DNA from: Macrostomum lignano
Taxonomy: Eukaryota
NCBI GenBank assembly: GCA_002269645.1
Contig: NIVC01000093.1
Span: 372,001 to 436,000, forward strand
Length of the DNA stretch: 64,000 bases
Direction: 5' to 3'
The notes below the pieces were generated by a model. The model searched no databases, was not told the origin of the DNA, and worked only from the letters and a program-made list of their open reading frames with translations. How positions within the stretch are numbered: the stretch's first letter is position 1; the number at the start of each line of letters is the position of its first letter. The translations under genes and the position numbers were made by a program. Shown here in pieces: positions 26,358 through 44,581 of this stretch.

Positions 26358-29300
26358 ATGGCAGACACACATGAGATCGACCCTCTTTTTGAAGTAAAAA
26401 ATAACTTTTATCTTGGAAATTATCAGCAGTGCATAAATGAATGCCAGAAAGTCAAGGTATGAAAAATGACGTTGAAACTGTATACTAAACTATTTTTGTT
26501 TCATTGTCTTTGTGCTTAAAAAGTCATTGTTAAATTTAAGCATGCAATTTTACAATTCGATGTTGTCTATTCAAAATTTTGAGCTATTACATAAGTCAAA
26601 ATATTATTTTTTATAGTGTTCCGCCGTAGCGGTAGATCCTACAGCAAATATGGTAAAATAGGTGCCTACGGAAGCTATGGATACGCCTACAGTAGCTAGC
26701 TGCTCTTATGGCTACAACTATGGAAATATGGTAGTTGCTGTCACATTTCATAGATTCATGTAGGGCAATAGTGCAGTCCATAGTCAGGAAGGTGGCAAGT
26801 GCACGCGGGAATCAATTTATGGAAAAATCCTTGGTGCACGCCAATGTACGCCAATTTTTTAAAACCCTTAACATGACGTTTCTGTTGCACGCCAAAAATC
26901 TTGAATACCAAAAATCATGTACGCCTCATGTACGTATGATTTGAATATTAACCGTATTAGATACTATTTTTAAATAAATTTTCTACTTACGTTAAACAAA
27001 GTTTATATAAAAAAAGGAAATTTGCTACAAAGAACATAGTAAGTATCAAAAACTTTTTCTTCACATTTCAAGAAACAAATAAACTAAAAGTCTACAAGAG
27101 TCACAAAATAAGAGCGTTTAAAAGTTATTGGATATTTTAATTTTAATGTACGCTGTAGAGTGTCAGGCCTGGCTGTAGGCTAGGCTGTAGCCTCAACTAG
27201 TTGGTTTAATCAATATTCAAATTCAATTGTTCATGTTTAACTTTATATATTGTATATATATAGTGTATACATCTATATTTGACTTGTTGATATATTGTCA
27301 GTTTGTAATTGCACGCCAAGGTTACACGCCAAGTAAAAAACTTGTACGCTGAAAATTTAGGCGTGGCTTGAGACCCCTATTTGCACGCCAACTTTGCACG
27401 CCAAAATTTTAGCGTGGCTTGTGCACGCGGGAAAATTCCCGCATGCAGGCCACCTTCCTGAGTATGGAGTGCAGTTTCGTTCACAAAATTATTTTTCATT
27501 TAAATTCGAAAGTTCGAAACCAGAAAACAATAACAACGATGTTTTAAACATTCTAGCAACTTTGCCAGAGCTCACTGGTCATGGAAATTTAAAGCAAATG
27601 GGCGCTCTATTAACATACTTTTTTTTTCGTTAAATCTGTGCCATGCTTGAATGCTACTTGAAACGCAAGTTGTCTATGGAAAAAATAGTTTAAAAAATCA
27701 AAAGGGCTCAAGTGGGGGGTTGAACTGTTTCCCTTTAGCTAAGAAGCTGTTAATATCTGCTTTTTCTTTTGGACAACATATTGTATCATGGCTAGACAAC
27801 TACCAAGACCCTCATGGACCCTCGCGCGCCTACTATAGTGCCCAGTGATAAGCTCTGTATCTGCCACTATAACAGAATGACAAGTTAGTTTGGCAGCCAG
27901 GGAGCTAAAAACTCTGCCACAATCATTAGAATGGTTTAAAACATCAATTTTTATTGTTGTTATTGTTTTTTGGTTTTGAACTTTCGAATTTAAACGAAAA
28001 ATAATTTCATAAACAAAACTGCACTATTGCCTTCCTGTAGCCTTAGTTATTAATTTTAAAAATTGAAAAAAATATTAGAAACAGGTAGAGTATAACAAAG
28101 ATACTATAGTAAACTGTATTATCAACTTCGAAACTTCGAAGAATATACCTAATAAAGTACAATAAAACACTAGCAAACTCTAATTTTTATTAATATGAAA
28201 AAGTTTAGTATTAGTAATTCCAGTAGTGATTTAGTATTGTTGCTCTATAAAAAAGACAAAATATAATCTTACAAAGACAATCAAGTGTTTCTTTTATTTT
28301 CTAACTTAATTTGTAGTTGTTTAAGTACTAGGTTATCTTCTTGATTTAAAATATTTTGTTTTCTAGACTATAAAAACTATGGCTATGGGAACTATGGGAA
28401 TATGGTAATATTAGGATCTTTATGGCTATAGAATACAGAGAATTGGAATAACTCGTAGTGTTGCTTATAGCTATAGCTACGGTACATGGACCCTCTCTAT
28501 CATTATGGCAGAATACTATTTTTTTATATATCTTCGTTTGTTGAGGTAGCAAGTGGAATTAAAAATTGAAAAGATATTTCTGCAATAAAAATATTATCTA
28601 CCTCTTATAATAGGCCTAATCATTTCCTTTTTTTATAGAAAATTGAAATTTTGATATTGTTTCATGACCTCCATGAGCTCTGCTAGAAAGTGGGCAGAGG
28701 TGCTGAAGTTATCTGGCTCTAGTGGCTAAATGCTGCAAGATGTTTTTGTGAAATTTTATCTAACATAATCATATATTGTTCTGTAAGCCTGTCAAAAATC
28801 AAACTGATAGGATTAACAGCAGAGGTGTGGCTAAAAATTTTCATAGTGCCCCTCATATTCTGTGTGTGTCCAGATAATATATATATTCAGAATATATATA
28901 TATATATCAAATTTCCTGCAAATAGAGAGACCTAGAGTATACTATTAGCATACAACTTGGCATATAAAGAGGCTTGACCCCTGATATGCCTTTTTGGCAT
29001 CCATAGTTTGGATTGTGTATTAGGCCTAGTGTACGCTAGGTTTAATGCCACAAAAAATGACAAGACCTCGTTTGTAAGCCAGGTTTGTGTGCCAATACAA
29101 AAAATTGTGATTTGACATATTATATACGCTGGGATATACCCTGATATATACTAAAAAATGGTTAGACCCTTGGTGTATGCTAAGAAATCCCCATGTATGC
29201 CAATCCTGGGAAATCCCAGCATTTATGTTGCTTTCCAAACAACGGCTTGGCTTGGCATATAGCTTGGTATACAAAGATTGCTAAGATAGCAAGTGGGACC

Positions 29301-32300
29301 AAGTTCTAAGTCCCAAGTCATTTTTGTCTAGTTAGTGTACAAAAATAACTAAGTTTAGGTTTAGCATCTAGCCTCTATATGCATAGTTCAAGTAGCTAAA
29401 TTTTGATCTAAAAAAGAATATTTCCTAGAAATGAATAGAAAACTAAATTAAAAAAATGTAAACTCAACTTTAAAAAAATATAAAACTAAAACTAAAACAT
29501 TTAAAATAAACTAGTTCTTTACAGTTCAATAGAATAGTAATAAGTTTCTATTTACCTATTTTTGCAAAGATTAAAAAATCATAAACTTCAAAATAGTTTT
29601 TAATGTTTTGTTTTTGTCTTGGCATATTTTTATGTGTGATATAAGGGATACATAGGCATATAGGTGCTAGGAAAGCAAATTTTGTTTTGGCATACATAGG
29701 TACATGATCCTGACACTGGGTGGTGAGGTCCCTTTTGGATTTAATGGTAGCAGTGTCATTATTGCTAGCCACAAGGAAAGAAGGAATGCAGCCCCCCCCC
29801 CCCTTAAATTTGCCCTTGGTGCATTGTGCATGAAGCTAATTACAAATTTGTATGCCAAGGTCTACATTCAAATTGTCAAATATATAGCTAGACTGCAATG
29901 CCAATAGGCCCTAGCACTAGAAAATCTAATAAAATACAAAATAACACAAAGCTCAAAATAGCAGCTAAATACTTGCAGCTTATATGAGCTATATATGCAT
30001 TTTTTTAAATTAAGTTTTATTTTAGTATATATTAAAAATTGCCAAATTAAAACTAGTGGAAACTTTATAGAAAAGCAGTGGCAAATCTAGAATTTCATTT
30101 TCGGGGATCGTCCAAGTTTTTGGTGCCAACATAAGTATGAAGGGTGCCAATTTTTAAGCTAAGGGGTACAAACATGCATGTTTGGGGCAAAAAATCAAGT
30201 CTAGGGGCTAAAATAAAAATCTAGAGTTTAAAGGGCGCAGATTTAGGTTTTAAGGGAGAAAAAATATGTTCTATCAAGGTATTTTGGTTGGGGGGGGGGA
30301 GGCAACCATCTAAAATTTTACATGCTGCACATATCAATGATACACTTTATGACCATTGGTGACCCATTTATTTGTGAAATTACATCAATTTCCAATTCAT
30401 GTTGCCGAGAGATAATTTTTAAATGTTGACACCTCAATCTTTGCATGCTTTATTTTATCAATTTTCATTAAATAACGATTTAATAAAAGTTGACATTTTG
30501 TACCTAAAAAATTCTGAATTGCACCTAGTGTTCAGGAAGTGCCAACAACTGAATTTGCCACTCTAGTGACGTGATGGCAACTTAGTGGTACAAATTCACT
30601 TGTAGATGACTCAAATTTCAATTCCATAGACAGCCGACAGTCAGCTGACCACTCAGCGCGATGCATTTCTTTACCGAGCCTACATTGGCCAGCGCAAATA
30701 CGCTGTAGTGCTGGACGCTGTGAACCGGAGCTCAGCAGCTGAGCTGCAGTCTGTACGGCTGCTGGCCGACTATTTGGCTTCGCCGGACAAGCGGCCGTCG
30801 ATTCTAGCCAGCCTGAATGAGAAAATGAGCGGCAGTCTGGGCGAGAATGATTATATCAGTCTGCTCATGGCGGCCACTGTGTTCCTCTATGAGAATGTGA
30901 GACATGGAAACAGCTCCCAGATCCTCAGTTGCTGGGCCAGCCTCCGAGATCCTCAGTTGCTGGGCCAGCCTCCCAGATCCTCAGTTACTGGGCCAGCCTC
31001 CCAGATCCTCAGTTGCTGGGCGAGCCTCCCAGATCCTCAGTTGCTGGGCCAGCCTCCCAGAGTGTCAGATGCTGGGCCAGCCTCCCAGATCCTCAGTTGC
31101 TGGGCCAGCCTCCCAGATCCTCAGTTACTGGGCCAGCCTCCCAGGGCCTCAGTTACTGGGCCAGCCTCCCAGATCCTCAGTTGTTGGGCTACCAGCCTCC
31201 CCAGATCCTCAGTTGCTGGGCCAGCCTTCAACATCTTTAGTTCCTCGCTATTTCTAAGATACAGCTCATAAAAATAACAATGTAAAAATATTTTCCCAAA
31301 CCCATTTTCCAAGGACTCCGACTCTGCGCTGCGCCTGCTGCACCAGACTGAGCACATCGAGTGCCTGGCCCTGGCCATCCAGACTCTGCTCTCCATCGAT
31401 CGGCCGGACGTGGCCCGCAAAGAGCTGGCCAGAATGCAGGTTGGCTTGGAATCTTTTTTTAATTAATTAAATTAATCACTGCATGTACTCGGACTTACTA
31501 TTAGTAGCTTAGTAGTACTATTTGCCGATTTTTTGCATAAAAATTGTCAATATTCTGTTTATAACGTTTGTATAATTTTTTGTATTATTAGTATCGAATA
31601 TAGTAATTTATTTTGACTATACTATAAACTTTAGGCCTTCTCGGAGGTACGTATTTAAATTTTAGTCTAATTGGTTTAATATTTATTTGTTTATAGTTAA
31701 ATGTTGCATAAAAATGCTATAATTTATCGTTGGGGTCTCAGTTGAACTAGTTGATGTTGATTTTTATTGCTACTAATAAATCAGTAGCATAGCGAATATT
31801 TATGTATCGAATTCTAAAAGAAAGTATCAAAACACAACAGGCAGTAGACGAGGACTCCACGCTGACCCAGCTAGCCACTGCTCAAGTTGGCATTCACTCT
31901 GGAGGCGGTGAGAAACTACAGGACGCCTTTTACGCCTATCAGGAGTTGATTGACAAGTATGGCAGCACCAGCTCGCTGCTCAATGGCAAAGCTTCAGCTC
32001 TCATGTGTCTTGGCCGCTGGGAGGAGGCCGAGCCCGTGCTGCAGGAGGCCCTGGACAAAGACTGCAATCACCCGGACACGCTTGTTAATATGATTGTGCT
32101 GTCGCAGCATCTGGGCAAGGAGGCCGATGTGTGCGGTCGGTATGTGTCTCAGTTGAAGGACTCGTACCGGTCGCATCCCTGGGTGCAGGACTTCATTGCC
32201 AAGGTATATGAGTGTAGCTGCTTGTTTCTGTCTGTATTAGTGTCTGTTTCTGTCTGTATTAGTGTCTGTTTCTGTCTGTATTAGTGTCTGTTTCTGTCTG

Positions 32301-34073
32301 TATTAGTGTCTGTTTCTGTCTGTATTAGTGTCTGTTTCTGTCTGTATTAGTGTCTGTTTCTGTCTGTATTAGTGTCTGTTTCTGTCTGTATTAGTGTCTG
32401 TTTCTGTCTGTATTAGTGTCTGTTTCTGTCTGTATTAGTGTCTGTTTCTGTCTGTATTAGTGTCTGTTTCTGTCTGTATTAGTGTCTGTTTCTGTCTGTA
32501 TTAGTGTCTGTTTCTGTCTGTATTAGTGTCTGTTTCTGTCTGTATTAGTGTCTGTTTCTGTCTGTATTTGTGTCTGTTTCTGTCTGTATTAGTGTCTGTT
32601 TCTGTCTGTATTAGTGTCTGTTTCTGTCTGTATTAGTGTCTGTTTCTGTCTGTATTAGTGTCTGTTTCTGTCTGTTTCTGTCTGTTTCTGTCTGTTTCTG
32701 TCTGTATTAGTGTCTGTTTCTGTCTGTATTAGTGTCTGTTTCTGTCTGTATTATTGACTGTTTCTGTCTGTTTTAGTGTCTTTTTCTGTCTGTATTTGTG
32801 TCTGTTTCTGTCTGTATTTGTGTCTGTTTCTGTCTGTATTAGTGTCTGTTTCTGTCTGTATTATTGACTGTTTCTGTCTGTTTTAGTGTCTTTTTCTGTC
32901 TGTATTTGTGTCTGTTTCTGTCTGTATTTGTGTCTGTTTCTGTCTGTATTAGTGTCTGTTTCTGTCTTTATTTGTGTCTGTTTCTGTCTGTTTCTGTCTG
33001 TATTAGTGTCTGTTTCTGTCTGTATTAGTGTCTGTTTCTGTCTGTATTAGTGTCTGTTTCTGTCTGTATTAGTGTCTGTTTCTGTCTGTATTTGTGTCTG
33101 TTTCTGTCTGTATTAGTGTCTGTTTCTGTCTGTATTAGTGTCTGTTTCTGTCTGTATTAGTGTCTGTTTCTGTCTGTATTTGTGTCTGTTTCTGTCTGTA
33201 TTAGTGTCTGTTTCTGTCTGTATTATTGACTGTTTCTGTCTGTTTTAGTGTCTTTTTCTGTCTGTATTTGTGTCTGTTTCTGTCTGTATTAGTGTCTGTT
33301 TCTGTCTGTATTAGTGTCTGTTTCTGTCTGTTTCTGTCTGTATTAGTGTCTGTTTCTGTCTGTATTAGTTTCTGTTTCTGTCTGTATTAGTGTCTATTTC
33401 TGCCTGTATTTGTGTCTGTTTCTGTCTGTATTAGTGTCTGTTTCTGTCTGTATTAGTGTCTGTTTCTGTCTGTATTAGTGTCTGTTTCTGCCTGTATTTG
33501 TGTCTGTTTCTGCCTGTATTTGTGTCTGTTTCTGTCTGTATTAGTGTCTGTTTCTGTCTGTATTAGTGTCTGTTTCTGTCTGTATTTGTGTCTGTTTCTG
33601 TCTGTATTTGTGTCTGTTTCTGTCTGTATTAGTGTCTGTTTCTGTCTGTATTTGTGTCTGTTTCTGTCTGTTTGTTATCAGTTTCTGTCTGTATTTGTGT
33701 CTGTTTCTGTCTGTATTAGTGTCTGTTTCTGTCTGTTTGTTATCAGTTTCTGTCTGTATTTGTGTCTGTTTCTGTCTGTATTTGTGTCTGTTTCTGTCTG
33801 TATTAGTGTCTGTTTCTGTCTGTATTTGTGTCTGTTTCTGTCTGTATTTGTGTCTGTTTCTGTCTGTATTAGTGTCTGTTTCTGTCTTTATTTGTGTCTG
33901 TTTCTGTCTGTATTATTGACTGTTTCTGTCTGTATTATTGACTGTTTCTGTCTGTCCGTATTTCTATCTGTTTCTGCTAATCCTTACTATTCCTGTTCGG
34001 CAACTTCGCATTTCAGGAAGCGGAGTTCGATAAGATCAGTTCGAACTACCGGGAGTCGGTGGCCAGCAACTAG
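26358..34073 (+). CDS. COPE: Coatomer subunit epsilon, 5 exons, 303 aa
   Basis: Exons 26358-26456, 30630-30896, 31314-31439, 31841-32203 and 34017-34073 (912 nt). Motifs: [75 protein letters not shown]. Confidence 0.95.
27468..28025. mobile_element. Degenerate foldback/MITE-like element in COPE intron 1
   Basis: The arm AGTGCAGTTTCGTTCACAAAATTATTTTTCATTTAAATTCGAAAGTTCGAAACC... (27468 to about 27580) is the diverged reverse complement of about 27895-28025. Confidence 0.65.
30910..31228 (+). repeat. 28-bp minisatellite family (CCTCCCAGATCCTCAGTTGCTGGGCCAG), array 1, COPE intron 2
   Basis: Directly visible tandem units. Confidence 0.95.
32222..33955 (+). repeat. 22-bp minisatellite (TGTCTGTTTCTGTCTGTATTAG), roughly 75-80 units, filling COPE intron 4
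   Basis: Directly visible tandem units. Confidence 0.95.
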
Positions 34074-34542
34074 GATGCCATGGCAAGTAATGAAATAGTT
34101 TTGAAAAAAAAACATGCAACACTCAAATTATTCCTTATTTGGTGACCCTTACCCGAAATCTTGTACGAGTTTGTTTTTGAGTTTGTCTTCGTCATTATTC
34201 ATATGCAACTTGGACACTGTTGACTTTGACTACAATATATATGTACTAATATGTACTAATACAATAGTATGTATTCAGTTAGGGCAAAGTCTATTCTCGA
34301 TAATTTGTATGTCCGTTTATTATATCTGTTGGATCAAATATAAAAATTAGTGATGTTATTAAAACCAATGCCTAGCTAATAACTATATTCATGTTTTAGT
34401 GGTTTCTGGGTCAAGTAAAACTATTGCTATTTGTTTTTTTACTGCTGTGTTTGTGACTTTGACATTGATTTTTTATATTTGACATTAAATGTCCTTCTGA
34501 AGACTAAGTGTGTTGTCGCTAGTGACGGTTTTGGAATGAGTG

Positions 34543-34764
34543 TTGCGAGGCACATCTGAAGGCTGCGTACGGCTGTCGCCTCACACAGCCTCAATTACCC
34601 CAGCTAATGCTGGCACCCATTTTACAGCTGGGTGAACTGAAGCAATGCAGAGTTAAGTGTCTGGCTCAAGGACACATATTGATCTAGATTATAGTGGGTC
34701 GAGAATCGAACCCCCGACCTTTCAGTCGCGAGTCCTACGCTCTAGCCAATAGGCTGCAAACCCC
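34543..34764 (-). mobile_element. SINE copy F
   Basis: Reverse-complement tRNA head (GGTTCGATTC) and CORE-like body. Confidence 0.85.
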
Positions 34765-35419
34765 TTCAACTGTGGAGCGAGTGCAAATTACTTGTGACGT
34801 CACGGGCTTTGTCCGAAGTCGTGATTAGTTCATTGCTTTGAATTGATTCCCCGGGCCTGTGCTTCAGACGAAAGTAAACATCAATCTCGTATATTACATT
34901 TACTAACATTGAGAGGCAACTCGAAAAGCATAAATAGCTGTGCATTGATTAAGGAAGCCATGTTGAGCTGCTAGCATGAAAGCGAGTCCCAAGATGCACA
35001 TTACATGTAGCCTGGAAGGACGAGATGGAGAGAGAAAGAGCTGGGGCGCTGAGAAGGGATCGAAACATTAGAGCAGTGATCGAGTTGAATACTGCATACT
35101 TTCATGCTTTTTATGCTTATAAGATGAGATCCACTGATGAAGCTGGTTTTGATGAAGTCCGTCCGATCATGCACGTTTACCATAATACAGATGACAAGTA
35201 CTCTTATTTAGAATACGCACTACATTTTACATCCTGTTGGCCTTAAAATTGGTTGTAAGAATGTTTTATTTTAAAATGTACTGTCGCATCGTTGTAGATT
35301 AAGAGTCCATTAAATACTGCATTATTACTCAGACTTACTGAAATAATTTTATGGACAAAATACCAATTTCATATTCGCTCATTTGAATTCCAAAATACAA
35401 ATGTTCCGCTATCAAATTG

Positions 35420-36930
35420 TCAGATTCTCAGTTGCTGGGCCAGCTTCCCAGATCCCCAGTTGCTGGGCCAGCCTCCCAGATCCCCAGTTGCTGGGCCAGC
35501 CTCCCAGATACTCAGTTGCTGGGCCAGCCTCCGAGATCCCCAGTTGCTGGGCCAGCTTCCCAGATTCTCAGTTGCTGGGCCATGCAGCCTCCCAGATCCT
35601 CAGTTGCTGGGCCAGCCTCCGAGATCCCCAGTTGCTGGGCCAGCCTCCCAGATCCTCAGTTGCTGGGCCAGCCTCCCAGATCCTCAGTTGCTGGGCCAGC
35701 CTCCCAGATTCTCAGTTGCTGGGCCAGCTTCCCAGATTCTCAGTTGCTGGGCCAGCCTCCGAGATCCTCAGTTGCTAGGCCAGCCTCCCAGATCCTCAGT
35801 TGCTGGGCCAGCCTCCCAGATTCTCAGTTACTGGGCCAGCTTCCCAGATCCTCAGTTGCTGGGCCAGCTTCCCAGATTCTCAGTTGCTGGGCCATGCAGC
35901 CTCCCAGATCCTCAGTTGCTGGGCCAGCCTCCGAGATCCCCAGTTGCTGGGCCAGCCTCCCAGATCCTCAGTTGCTGGGCCAGCTTCCCAGATCCTCAGT
36001 TGCTGGGCCAGCCTCCCAGATTCTCAGTTGCTGGGCCAGCTTCCCAGATTCTCAGTTGCTGGGCCAGCCTCCCAGATCCTCAGTTGCTGGGCCAGCCTCC
36101 CAGATCCTCAGTTGCTGGGCCAGCCTCCCAGATTCTCAGTTGCTGGGCCAGCTTCCCAGATTCTCAGCTGCTGGGTCAGCCTCCCAGATCCTCAGTTGCC
36201 GGGCCAGCCTCCCAGATCCTCAGTTGCTGGGCCAGCCTCCCAGATCCTCAGTTGCTGGGCCAGCCTCCCAGATTCTCAGTTGCTGGGCCAGCTTCCCAGA
36301 TTCTCAGTTGCTGGGCCAGCTTCCCAGATTCTCAGTTGCTGGGCCAGCCTCCCAGATCCTCAGTTGCTGGGCCAGCCTCCCAGATTCTCAGTTGCTGGGC
36401 CAGCTTCCCAGATTCTCAGTTGCTGGGCCAGCTTCCCAGATCCTCAGTTGCTGGGCCAGCCTCCCAGATCCTCAGTTGCTGGGCCAGCCTCCCAGATTCT
36501 CAGTTGCTGGGCCAGCTTCCCAGATTCTCAGTTGCTGGGCCAGCTTCCCAGATTCTCAGTTGCTGGGCCAGCCTCCCAGATCCTCAGTTGCTGGGCCAGC
36601 TTCCCAGATTCTCAGTTGCTGGGCCAGCTTCCCAGATTCTCAGTTGCTGGGCCAGCTTCCCAGATCCTCAGTTGCTGGGCCAGCCTCCCAGATCCTCAGT
36701 TGCTGGGCCAGCCTCCCAGATTCTCAGTTGCTGGGCCAGCTTCCCAGATCCTCAGTTGCTGGGCCAGCTTCCCAGATTCTCAGTTGCTGGGCCAGCCTCC
36801 CAGATCCCCAGTTGTTGGGCTACCAGCCTCCCAGATCCTCAGTTGCTGGGCCAGCCTCCCAGATCCTCAGTTGCTGGGCCAGCTTCCCAGAGTGTTAGTT
36901 GCTGGGCCAGCCTCCCAGATCCTCAGTTGC
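35420..36930 (+). repeat. 28-bp minisatellite family, array 2 (about 50 units), downstream of COPE
   Basis: Same unit as 30910-31228; it produces stop-free pseudo-ORFs in three frames. Confidence 0.95.
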
Positions 36931-37036
36931 TGCTGAGCTACCTGCTCGGGATTTTAAACATTCAATTAACACTCTACAAGCCGGTAATGTCGGTAATCTA
37001 GCTAACTTCTTCCTGATCAAGGTTCAGAGCAGTTCG

Positions 37037-37341
37037 CCGCATAGCAAAATTACGTATCCAATAGAAAGTGGGACGTCTCCGATACGTAACTTTTTTGGTT
37101 GCAGGAACGTCCTTGATACGTATCCAATTTTTATGATCCTCTAAAGAAGCTCGTTTCTACAAAAATGGTGAACAGATAATGCTTGTAATTTTTTTGATTA
37201 TTTATTCCACCATTTTTGTAGAAACGAGCTTCTTTAGAGGATCATAAAAATTGGATACGTATCAAGGACGTTCCTGCAACCAAAAAAGTTACGTATCGGA
37301 GACGTCCCACTTTCTATTGGATACGTAATTTTGCTATGCGG
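37037..37341. mobile_element. Near-perfect long inverted repeat (foldback/MITE-like)
   Basis: Arms 37037-37170 and 37208-37341 are reverse complements. The only difference I found by eye is a 1-nt indel. The spacer is 37 nt and AT-rich. Confidence 0.85.
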
Positions 37342-37641
37342 GTTCAGTGGTAAACGCGACGCGGCGCGACCCATCATTCGATTCCTTACGCACGGCCACA
37401 TTCATGGGGCTTTTTTGTGTAGACGAGAATTGGCCGGGTGGTTGGCTGGAATTACGCTCTCTGGAATGGAGTTACGCTCGTATTAAATATGCCATCCAAT
37501 AAGGACGCAGGGCTACCCCCCCCCCCCCCCCACATCATCCTGTTCCTCGGGTTCATACTAGAGCAGGATTCAATCAGGATAGAGTGCCATTTTCCAGGTT
37601 TTCCATTCGCGAGTCCATGCACAAGCACAGCCGCGACTGCA

Positions 37642-42624
<4,983 letters not shown>

Positions 42625-42821
42625 CTAACAGAACCCGAATGCTCGTATATTGGATGCGTTCTTATTATCATAGATTAAAGATTGGCTAATATTGAAATCA
42701 TAAATTTCTATTTACAATAGTTTAACTATCAATGTCGAAATTTTGCTGCAAGTTCATTGAAAGTCAAAATCTTTGAACAATATCCTTAAAATATTTCATC
42801 CCTGTATTTCTATTTTAGCTG

Positions 42822-43215
42822 CGTCGCATTTGTCGAAGTTCCCTCAAAATTTCTGTCGAAAGTGAGTCGAAATTTCTGTCGAAATTCCCTCAAAATTTCT
42901 GTCGAAATTCCCTCAAAATTTGTGTCGAAAGTGAGTCGAAATTTCTGCCGAGAGTGAGTCGAAATTTCTGTCAAAAGTGTGTCGAAATTTCTGTCGATAT
43001 TTCCTCAAAATTTCTGTCGAAAGTGAGTCGAAATTTCTGTCGAAATTCCCTCAAAATTTCTGTCGAAATTCCCTCAAAATTTGTGTCGAAAGTGAGTCGA
43101 AATTTCTGCCGAGAGTGACTCGAAATTTCTGTCAAAAGTGTGTCGAAATTTCTGTCGAAAGTGTGTCGAAATTTCTGTCGAAAGTGTGTCGAAATTTCTG
43201 TCGAAAGTGTCGAAA
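42822..43215. repeat. Degenerate GTCGAAATTTCT-based repeat between convergent 3' ends
   Basis: Repeated GTCGAAATTTCT, GTCGAAAGTG and CCCTCAAAATTT modules. Confidence 0.85.
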
Positions 43216-43394
43216 TTAAAGAAATTCATGTTGTAAGTTAAAACGAAAATCGAAAATATTAAAATACATGTCGTGCTGGGCAGAACACAATATAAATAGC
43301 AAAAAACTTTCAGAAACACTAAAGTTTGCATTTTTATTTTACCGATTGTTCATTAATTTTTAAATTGTCCAGCAACAGGAAGAGGTCAAAAACT

Positions 43395-43767
43395 TCAGCT
43401 TGGATTTTCTAGCACCTGCTGTAGCCGCATCTCCAGGTGATCGATCTGTTCGGTCAGTGACGCCACCTGAGGGAAATCGTTGACATATCCTCGGTGTGTC
43501 TATACACATTTACCCATAGACATGCTTTCTCATACCTGACATCTCTTCACCATCTCCTTTCCCTCCCTGGCTCACATAGAGACACTCACTTTGGCTCTTT
43601 GCGCCTCGGTGCCACCCGTCGAGGAAGCCAGCAGGTCGTCTCGGCGCTGCCGCTGTTTCGCCAGCCTGGCGCGCAGCTGCGAAGCCGCTTCGTCGATTTG
43701 CAGCGACTTGAAAATGGCAAGGATGGGCAGAGGCTGCTGCACTGCGGCTGGGTGCTGGGAGACAGGC

Positions 43768-43818
<51 letters not shown>

Positions 43819-43855
43819 GAGACAGACAGACAGGCAGACAGTTAGTCAGTCAGCC

Positions 43856-43924
<69 letters not shown>

Positions 43925-43926
43925 CA

Positions 43927-43981
<55 letters not shown>

Positions 43982-44034
43982 GAGACAGACAGACAGGCAG
44001 ACAGTTAGTCAGTCAGCCAGACAGACAGACAGAC

Positions 44035-44085
<51 letters not shown>

Positions 44086-44090
44086 GAGAC

Positions 44091-44149
<59 letters not shown>

Positions 44150-44202
44150 GAGACAGACAGACAGGCAGACAGTTAGTCAGTCAGCCAGACAGACAGACAG
44201 AC

Positions 44203-44233
<31 letters not shown>

Positions 44234-44262
44234 GAGACAGAGAGACAGACAGACAGACAGAC

Positions 44263-44297
<35 letters not shown>

Positions 44298-44322
44298 GAG
44301 ACAGACAGACAGACAGAGAGAC

Positions 44323-44377
<55 letters not shown>

Positions 44378-44466
44378 GAGACAGACAGACAGGCAGACAG
44401 TTAGTCAGTCAGCCAGACAGACAGACAGACAGAGAGACAGACAGTCAGCCAGACAGACAGACAGAC

Positions 44467-44501
<35 letters not shown>

Positions 44502-44506
44502 GAGAC

Positions 44507-44581
<75 letters not shown>

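Noticed and set aside
30077-30565. Possible MITE with CAGTGGCAAATC / GAATTTGCCACT ends
   Set aside because: The TIR match is imperfect and there is no TSD; at most an old remnant.
35025-35246. 73-aa ORF downstream of a TGACGTCA site
   Set aside because: It is short, has no recognisable domain or splice support, and a single CRE match is expected by chance.
35417-37001. ORFs of 378-513 aa ([27 protein letters not shown])
   Set aside because: They are translations of a stop-free 28-bp array, open in all three frames. The same applies to the repeat-derived ORFs at 7512-8395, 10095, 11557, 13986-15151, 22084, 33478, 37912, 39396, 40995-41646, 43494, 44872, 50705, 60134 and 62153.
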